A stretch of DNA of 64,000 bases from a virus (Duplodnaviria > Heunggongvirae > Uroviricota > Caudoviricetes): IMG/VR virus record IMGVR_UViG_3300031992_000010; one strand, written 5' to 3'. The translations under genes were made by a program, and so were the position numbers. Below the pieces are notes generated by a model. That model did not search any database and was not told the DNA's origin. It was given only the letters and a program-made list of their open reading frames with translations. Of this stretch, positions 58,030-64,000 are shown piece by piece; the stretch's first letter is position 1, and each line of letters opens with the position of its first letter.

Positions 58030-58389
58030 CTATTTTATTTTATGTTTTATGTCACCAAAATCAATTTCGTGTGTGGAATATGCATTATATGTAAATTTGT
58101 ATTTAGGGAAGGCACCACCACTTGATTTTTGTTTAATTACCATAACGGATTCCTTCGGATGTTTACAATAAATATTCCTTGCATCGTTCCCCTCACCACA
58201 ATATATCGTTACACTATCCTTCTCAATAAATGGCGCATCCGTCACCGGTAGTTCACGTTTATCCAACTCCTCGCCATCGGGTGAGAAGGTATAACAATAT
58301 ATTTTATCGCCTTCGACCAGGCCGTCGAAAGGTAATCCCTTTTTACCTATCTTTTTTCCACCTATTAAATATTCATATAAATTTTCCAT
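58030..58389 (-). CDS. YLIGG-leader array protein
   Basis: MENLYEYLIGGKKIGKK, FDGLVEGDKIY. Confidence 0.8.
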   Translation of the reverse strand: MENLYEYLIGGKKIGKKGLPFDGLVEGDKIYCYTFSPDGEELDKRELPVTDAPFIEKDSVTIYCGEGNDARNIYCKHPKESVMVIKQKSSGGAFPKYKFTYNAYSTHEIDFGDIKHKIK

Positions 58390-58760
58390 TATACCTCAAT
58401 TTTTATATTTTTATTTTCGATATTATCCAATATTTCGTCCAACGTTGTCGCATAATATTCCTTTATTTTTTGGGTATTGGTGCCTTTATAAAATGATTTT
58501 TCCACCGCATCGCCATATTGGATTACCACCAGCCCCTCATCGAATTGTATCAAATAACAAAATTGTTTATATCCGCCTTTTGTGATGGTATCCTTCGCCA
58601 CCGCATATTCAATGATATATTTGTTAATATATCCTCGATCGTTACCCATCTTTACATACTTATATATGGTATCGCCCTTTTTTAATTCGGCGAACTTTTT
58701 TATGATGGATTTTTTACCGATCTTTTTTCCTCCTATTAAATATTCATATAATTGTTCCAT
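58389..58760 (-). CDS. YLIGG-leader array protein
   Basis: MEQLYEYLIGGKKIGKK, FAELKKGDTIY. Confidence 0.8.
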   Translation of the reverse strand: MEQLYEYLIGGKKIGKKSIIKKFAELKKGDTIYKYVKMGNDRGYINKYIIEYAVAKDTITKGGYKQFCYLIQFDEGLVVIQYGDAVEKSFYKGTNTQKIKEYYATTLDEILDNIENKNIKIEV

Positions 58761-58771
58761 TTGGATTATGG

Positions 58772-59134
58772 TTATTTTATTTTGAAATACACCTTAATCT
58801 CATTGATTAAATCCTTTTGATCCCATGGCTCGGTCGTTGCCGCGCAATAGTATGCGCCCGCAATATCGGTTGTCCACATACTTATATACTTATCCATCGG
58901 CCAAGAGGATCGACCACTTCCCCCTTTGGAACCGGTCGAATCAAAATGGATTTTTCCACCTGATCGTTTGATAACCTTATCAATCCTCCGATGATCGGAC
59001 CTTGTCATATTTAATTTTTCATCAAAATTATATATGTAAAATACATCCCCTTCCCGAAGGTCGCCAAACGTGGACGCCTCCTTTTTTTGTCCTATTTTCT
59101 TTCCGCCTATTAGATATTCATATAATTGTTCCAT
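58772..59134 (-). CDS. YLIGG-leader array protein
   Basis: MEQLYEYLIGGKKIG, FGDLREGDVFY. Confidence 0.8.
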   Translation of the reverse strand: MEQLYEYLIGGKKIGQKKEASTFGDLREGDVFYIYNFDEKLNMTRSDHRRIDKVIKRSGGKIHFDSTGSKGGSGRSSWPMDKYISMWTTDIAGAYYCAATTEPWDQKDLINEIKVYFKIK

Positions 59135-59145
59135 TTGAATTATGG

Positions 59146-59505
59146 TTATTTTGTTTTATAACGTGCATTAATCGCATTGGCCAACGCCTTTTGATCCCAC
59201 TGCTCGGTCGTCGCCGCACAATAATTTGCACCCGTCTCATTGGTTTTCCATATACTTATAACATCATCCATTTTCCACGATGATCTACCATTTCCCCCCC
59301 TGCGGGTTGAATCAAAAACGATTCTTCCACCTGATCTTTCGACGACCTTTTCCACCTTCCATTCGTAGGACAATGTCATATTTAATTTTTTATCAAAATT
59401 ATATACGTAAAATACATCCCCCTCCCGAAGATCACCAAATGTGGGGGCCTCCTTTTTTCGCCCTATTTTCTTTCCGCCTATTAGATATTCATATAAATTC
59501 CCCAT
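59146..59505 (-). CDS. YLIGG-leader array protein
   Basis: MGNLYEYLIGGKKIG; close paralog of 58772..59134. Confidence 0.8.
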   Translation of the reverse strand: MGNLYEYLIGGKKIGRKKEAPTFGDLREGDVFYVYNFDKKLNMTLSYEWKVEKVVERSGGRIVFDSTRRGGNGRSSWKMDDVISIWKTNETGANYCAATTEQWDQKALANAINARYKTK

Positions 59506-59873
59506 TATCCAAAATATTTTTTCCTAATTAATTCAACGGCATCATCATCCGGGTATTTCTCCGTGGACATCATACAATACGTTTTTCCACCGTTATCCAC
59601 AACACTCCATATATATTCACTGCCCTCCTTGCTTGGTGTTGGATTACTTTTTTTACCGGTTTCCGCATTAATGGCCGGAAACGATATTGCATTAGGACCG
59701 TTCGAATAATATGGCTCCTCGATTATAAAATCAATAAAATTGGTACGTTTCCAACGAGGATTGAAGTTATATAAATATAAATGGTCACCGGGAACCAACT
59801 CCTTAAATTGCTTCGGTTTGTTTCGCGTACCGGTTTTTCTCCCGCCTATTAAATATTCATATAGGTTCCCCAT
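59505..59873 (-). CDS. YLIGG-leader array protein
   Basis: MGNLYEYLIGGRK, FKELVPGDHLY. Confidence 0.8.
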   Translation of the reverse strand: MGNLYEYLIGGRKTGTRNKPKQFKELVPGDHLYLYNFNPRWKRTNFIDFIIEEPYYSNGPNAISFPAINAETGKKSNPTPSKEGSEYIWSVVDNGGKTYCMMSTEKYPDDDAVELIRKKYFG

Positions 59874-60445
59874 TATGCGTTCATTGAAATATATTTTTGT
59901 ATGGCCTTAACGTGCAGATCCACAATTTTATTGAATCCATCCTCCGTATTTAAAAGGTCATAATCCTTTTTAAAATCCATAAAAAAGTTTTCGGTAATCA
60001 CACAGGGGCAATTCGCCTTATATAAAAGTGTATAATTTTTCTCCTTCGCCCCTCTTAATTTCTCCCCCGGAAATATTTTTGGAAACTCCTCACAAAAACA
60101 GGCCGCCAACTTATCACTATTATTTTTCGAGGTGGTCGACCATACCTCCCACCCGGTACCTCCTCCGGCATTGAGATGTACGGAGATGAGGATACAAGGT
60201 TGTTTAAGGCATAATTCATTTACCCTCCGGGCACGTTCCGTTAGGGGAACATCATTTGTTTCAGGTACCAACTTATATGAAGGTATATTGAGTTGAATGA
60301 GTTTATTTTGAATGGTCATTACCAACCTACGCGTATAGTCGTATTCATACAACACGCCACTCTCCCATAGAGGGGAACGTTTACCGGGGGTGTCCACCCC
60401 GTGTCCATTGTCAAGTATTATCGTTATCGGTTGTTTGTATTGCAT
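59873..60445 (-). CDS. N-acetylmuramoyl-L-alanine amidase (Amidase_3), probable endolysin
   Basis: LDNGHG, E, SVHLNA, TENFFMD. Confidence 0.9.
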   Translation of the reverse strand: MQYKQPITIILDNGHGVDTPGKRSPLWESGVLYEYDYTRRLVMTIQNKLIQLNIPSYKLVPETNDVPLTERARRVNELCLKQPCILISVHLNAGGGTGWEVWSTTSKNNSDKLAACFCEEFPKIFPGEKLRGAKEKNYTLLYKANCPCVITENFFMDFKKDYDLLNTEDGFNKIVDLHVKAIQKYISMNA

Positions 60446-60452
60446 TTCCTCA

Positions 60453-61082
60453 TTATTTTTTTACCGTATATGTATTAACCTTTACACTTGTATTGGGACA
60501 GGATGATACCGCCGTGGTATGCCATACCTTCTCCCTCGGCCACAACCAAAATTGCCACCATTTGCCTACCTTGTCATAGGAGATAAAAACATCTATTTCG
60601 TCGTTGGAATTAAGTGCGAACGCCGCGGTGTCATCATTTATTTCAAAATCCACGGTAAGACATCCATCAGAATAAATACCGGTTTTATATAATTTATTAT
60701 CAATAACCGTATCGTATAATGTAATGGTGTCGTGTATTGTTTTGGTGATAACCCCTTTTTGATATGATTCGAGGTCCTTGATTTTTATATTTAGTTCCTT
60801 GATCCTATCCTTCGCACCGTCATATAATGCATTCAATTCATCCATGGTAACCTCCATATTACGGGTTTGGGTAACAAGCGCACCTGTTTTTGTTTTCCAC
60901 ATCGAGGCGGAATCACACATGGCATAATAATTATTCGATAGACGCCTTGTTTCGGTTTTTAGGTCACGTATGTCCGAACATTGGATGAAAAATAATAGGC
61001 CCAATATAATAATTAGAACCTCCTTCCAATTCCCCTTTATAAACCCCCAAATGGCCATCAAAACACCTAAAATAGGTTCCAT
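60453..61082 (-). CDS. membrane-anchored coiled-coil protein, spanin-like
   Basis: N-terminal TM, coiled coil, WWQFWLW near C-terminus, upstream of amidase; start moved to MEPILG. Confidence 0.55.
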   Translation of the reverse strand: MEPILGVLMAIWGFIKGNWKEVLIIILGLLFFIQCSDIRDLKTETRRLSNNYYAMCDSASMWKTKTGALVTQTRNMEVTMDELNALYDGAKDRIKELNIKIKDLESYQKGVITKTIHDTITLYDTVIDNKLYKTGIYSDGCLTVDFEINDDTAAFALNSNDEIDVFISYDKVGKWWQFWLWPREKVWHTTAVSSCPNTSVKVNTYTVKK

Positions 61083-61123
61083 AATTATTCCGATAATTTT
61101 TATAAAAAATAATGGTTTCCGAT

Positions 61124-61152
61124 TAAATTTTTTAGGGACGGTCAATATATTA
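61124..61152 (+). promoter_or_regulatory. bipartite motif
   Basis: TAAATTTTT-TAGGGACGGTCA-ATATATTA. Confidence 0.7.
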
Positions 61153-61182
61153 AATTGTAAAATAATATAAAATACGAAGGAT

Positions 61183-61452
61183 ATGAAATACGAGGAAAAA
61201 TTTAGAAACTTTTGTATTGAGGTTGATAAGGATTGTAATTGGGTATTAAAGGTAATTGATTCATGCCGCACCCAACGGCATTTCCGCAATGTTAGAAATC
61301 TGACGAACAACTTTTTCAGTAAGTGGATGAATAGGATCGGCCGGTTGGAATTTGCGAAGGAAAAATATGTCTTCGCCTTATACAATCACCTTATATCAAT
61401 TGAAATGTTGGCAATGAAACAATTAAATATAAAAGATTATGGCGAGTTATAA
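61183..61452 (+). CDS. hypothetical protein
   Basis: First gene after promoter motif. Confidence 0.65.
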   Translation: MKYEEKFRNFCIEVDKDCNWVLKVIDSCRTQRHFRNVRNLTNNFFSKWMNRIGRLEFAKEKYVFALYNHLISIEMLAMKQLNIKDYGEL

Positions 61453-61630
61453 AATTATGAAAATCAAGACGTTTAGGGCGGATACGCCAACGGATCTTGA
61501 AAGACAAATTAATGAATGGATCGATGTCAAGGGACAATCCCCCACATTCGAGGTTGTATCAATTGATTTCAAACCATTGGATAACCTCAACACGGTATCA
61601 TTTTATGGTAATGTAATTTATAAATCATAA
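61439..61630 (+). CDS. small hypothetical protein
   Basis: KIKTF.......LE.QINEW pattern. Confidence 0.55.
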   Translation: MASYKIMKIKTFRADTPTDLERQINEWIDVKGQSPTFEVVSIDFKPLDNLNTVSFYGNVIYKS

Positions 61631-61634
61631 TATT

Positions 61635-61877
61635 ATGAAAAAAATAATTATGGTCCTGCTCGGACTTATGCTTATGACTACCTCCATTAATTGTTATTCA
61701 CAAATAACGGCGGGGGTCAAAACAGGCCGGTATGCGGGTAAGAAACAATTCAAAAACAAGGCGACATACGGTCACAGCCGCGGTACCTACAGTCTAAAAC
61801 CGTTTTACGCCGGGCGTAAGGCACCAAGAACAAAGTCAGGTAAAAATATGCCTTCGGCAATCCGAAGAAAAAATTAA
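61635..61877 (+). CDS. small basic protein with signal peptide/lipoprotein-like N-terminus
   Basis: MKKIIMVLLGLMLMTTSINC then Lys/Arg-rich tail. Confidence 0.55.
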   Translation: MKKIIMVLLGLMLMTTSINCYSQITAGVKTGRYAGKKQFKNKATYGHSRGTYSLKPFYAGRKAPRTKSGKNMPSAIRRKN

Positions 61878-61887
61878 TAAATAAATT

Positions 61888-62817
61888 ATGAAAACGTGTA
61901 CAATTAAAATTTGTGGAATACCAAAGAATTCCACTTTCTTGAGTGACATCCGGGTATTGGATACCACGGTTATTGAATTGAAAGGTAAATTTTTTAAAAA
62001 CCTTTTACCCGAATATAAAACCAATATAGTAAAAAGTGAGGTTGCAAATATTCCGGCAATAATGGATTTCATCACAAAGGGGACATCCGGCTGGGATATC
62101 GTTGATTATGGATTTATCCACGCAACACCCGATTTGATTACCGAAATACATAAATATCTCGGGGATACGATCGATGCGTTGGAGTTAAAGGATAACCCGG
62201 CGGATTACGAGGAAATGCTTACCTTCGTGGAGGTATTGAATGGACTTCAAATAATCCAACTGAAAAATCCGGATGGATACCGTGCCTGGACGTTAATGTT
62301 TAAAATCGAAACCGATGAGGCGGCGGGAAAACCATCAAAACCGGCACATAAAACTGTGGAGGAAAAAATCCGTGAATATACGGATAGAAGAATTAATGAC
62401 CTTATCGGTCCCGATAGTGTGATTAATTTCAAGCAAATCGCATTGATGAATAAATTGATGGATACCATTTGCAACGATGGGAGTTATGGTATTTGTAAAT
62501 ATGACGATGATATGGCCTATTTTTTTCCACAGGATGAGGTTGACGTGGAGGCCATTAAGAATGATCTTGTTAATATCGTTAAGGAGGTTCGTGATTGTTT
62601 AATTGAACATTATAATTACGATGAGCCATCATATCACGAAATATATGATATCGATGACGATTGTCATGAAATGGATACCTTCCATCATTGGATTCAGGTA
62701 GGCCGTTGGTTTGTTAAAGGGGAATTGATGGTAAAAACCAATCGTGACGGCGACGAGTCAATAAATTATTTATGCATTTCGGCATATTATTTAATGGATA
62801 GTGATACCGACGATTGA
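61888..62817 (+). CDS. hypothetical protein
   Basis: 309 aa acidic ORF. Confidence 0.7.
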   Translation: MKTCTIKICGIPKNSTFLSDIRVLDTTVIELKGKFFKNLLPEYKTNIVKSEVANIPAIMDFITKGTSGWDIVDYGFIHATPDLITEIHKYLGDTIDALELKDNPADYEEMLTFVEVLNGLQIIQLKNPDGYRAWTLMFKIETDEAAGKPSKPAHKTVEEKIREYTDRRINDLIGPDSVINFKQIALMNKLMDTICNDGSYGICKYDDDMAYFFPQDEVDVEAIKNDLVNIVKEVRDCLIEHYNYDEPSYHEIYDIDDDCHEMDTFHHWIQVGRWFVKGELMVKTNRDGDESINYLCISAYYLMDSDTDD

Positions 62818-62835
62818 TAAAAAAAATTTACAACT

Positions 62836-62913
62836 ATGGGTTTAGGAGCGATTTGTTTACTGGAGGCCGCAATACTTTTTGCCGTATCGGTGGCCATAAC
62901 GTCAAATTTATAG
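62836..62913 (+). CDS. 25-aa hydrophobic microprotein
   Basis: MGLGAICLLEAAILFAVSVAITSNL; TAG in frame with next gene. Confidence 0.4.
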   Translation: MGLGAICLLEAAILFAVSVAITSNL

Positions 62914-62916
62914 TAC

Positions 62917-63528
62917 ATGAATATTGATTTCTTAAAAAACACGCAGGATGGTAAATGTGTGGTTATGGGTTGTGGACCAAGTGTCCTCAACCTACAACCT
63001 TATTTGGGTCAATGTTTTACAATAGGTGTGAACGATATTGGCGACTTTTGTGATCCCGATATGTTGGTAATCCTTGATGAGCCGCGCGCATTTACACCAA
63101 CACGACTGGAAACAATTATCCACACAAGGCCCACAATGCTCGCCTCACAGGTATTATATTGGGATACACATATAACCGCCCCGCACGACTTTTTCCATCT
63201 TGATTTGGGTTCCCGTGGTGTGGGTAAATTCGATGATGACATTTCCCGAAATAAAATACCTATTGCCAATACGTCAACATATGTGGGTGTTGTCCTTGCG
63301 TATTATATGGGCTTCCGGAAGATCGGAATGATAGGTGTTGATTTTACAAAGGATCATTATAATAACGCCGATGGCGTTCATAAACTTAATAGTCGAATAA
63401 AGGACGTAAATGATTCATATATAAACATTTACAATAAGTTAAAGGAAAAGGGTGTCGAGTTTTGGAACCTTTCGAAGGAGTCCATCATCGATGTGCCTAA
63501 AATGGATTTGAAGGAATTTTTTAAATAA
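62917..63528 (+). CDS. DUF115/MptE-like, sialyltransferase-like fold protein
   Basis: CVVMGCGPS, IGVND, GFRKIGMIGVDF. Confidence 0.65.
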   Translation: MNIDFLKNTQDGKCVVMGCGPSVLNLQPYLGQCFTIGVNDIGDFCDPDMLVILDEPRAFTPTRLETIIHTRPTMLASQVLYWDTHITAPHDFFHLDLGSRGVGKFDDDISRNKIPIANTSTYVGVVLAYYMGFRKIGMIGVDFTKDHYNNADGVHKLNSRIKDVNDSYINIYNKLKEKGVEFWNLSKESIIDVPKMDLKEFFK

Positions 63529-63535
63529 TATAATT

Positions 63536-63928
63536 ATGGGGGTTTATTGCAGATATTCATTCCCAATAAAGGGGGATTATGTGGTGGATATGTTCCAACT
63601 TAATAGTATTGTTGTGGGTGAATTTATTGACACCTATGGTGTGATGTATAAAAAAACCGAAACGGGTGATTTTGTCGATTGTTTCGGAAATAAATTTGAG
63701 CGCACCGACCTTTCACCTGCGGTGGCACCCAACAGCGATGCCATAATCGAAATCTATGTGGATAGGTATATAATCGACGCCATATATGAGGAGATTATTG
63801 AGGGTATATCCGCGTTGGGGTTCCATTATGATGAAACAACCGAACCGGATTTCATATCGGATTTAAAACAATTAAAAAATGCGTTGTGGAAAGGTTTTGG
63901 CCACAGAATGTATTTCGCCGTGGATTAA
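63536..63928 (+). CDS. hypothetical protein
   Basis: 130 aa ORF in operon. Confidence 0.6.
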   Translation: MGVYCRYSFPIKGDYVVDMFQLNSIVVGEFIDTYGVMYKKTETGDFVDCFGNKFERTDLSPAVAPNSDAIIEIYVDRYIIDAIYEEIIEGISALGFHYDETTEPDFISDLKQLKNALWKGFGHRMYFAVD

Positions 63929-64000
63929 TCATTATAGTGACTCCAAACATCGGCTTTCCATTTATACATGGCCGGATATCCAATCATATTATCATATACC

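Noticed and set aside
1-64000. Stop-codon reassignment (code 15 or 4), as in Lak and some crAss-like phages
   Set aside because: Genes up to 1091 aa are intact under code 11, coding density is high, most TAG stops are followed by intergenic sequence, and no CTA or TCA anticodon tRNA is present

Overview
AT-rich segment of a large T4-like (myovirus, probably jumbo) phage genome, standard genetic code. The host is probably Bacteroidota: starts mostly lack Shine-Dalgarno sites and sit in an A/T-rich context, and one secreted protein has an LPIEL motif and a T9SS-like tail. The window holds virion genes (gp21-type prohead protease fused to a repeat-rich scaffold-like domain; gp15-, gp14-, gp4-, gp2-, gp6-, gp25- and gp5-like genes; a tail fibre candidate), DNA metabolism genes (UvsW, RNase H/FEN, RuvC-like), a MoxR AAA+/VWA pair, two DUF1704 peptidases, nucleotide salvage genes and an amidase endolysin. 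A 5.5 kb array (19.4-24.9 kb) has 28 canonical-looking tRNAs covering all 20 amino acids plus 6 aberrant tRNA-like genes. Main observations: (1) nine ORFs (eight intact, one frameshifted) share an N-terminal leader M-x-x-(L/I)-(Y/F)-E-Y-L-I-G-G grafted onto unrelated payloads, resembling a T4-style capsid-targeting, gp21-cleaved sequence; (2) 33 of 34 tRNA-like genes encode C74 and none encodes CCA; (3) oversized, chimeric and arm-swapped tRNAs, with a repeated pseudoknot spacer between tRNAs; (4) a strict bipartite promoter-like motif TAAATTTTT-N12-ATATATTA occurring 8 times. All family assignments come from motif recognition by eye; no database search was run.
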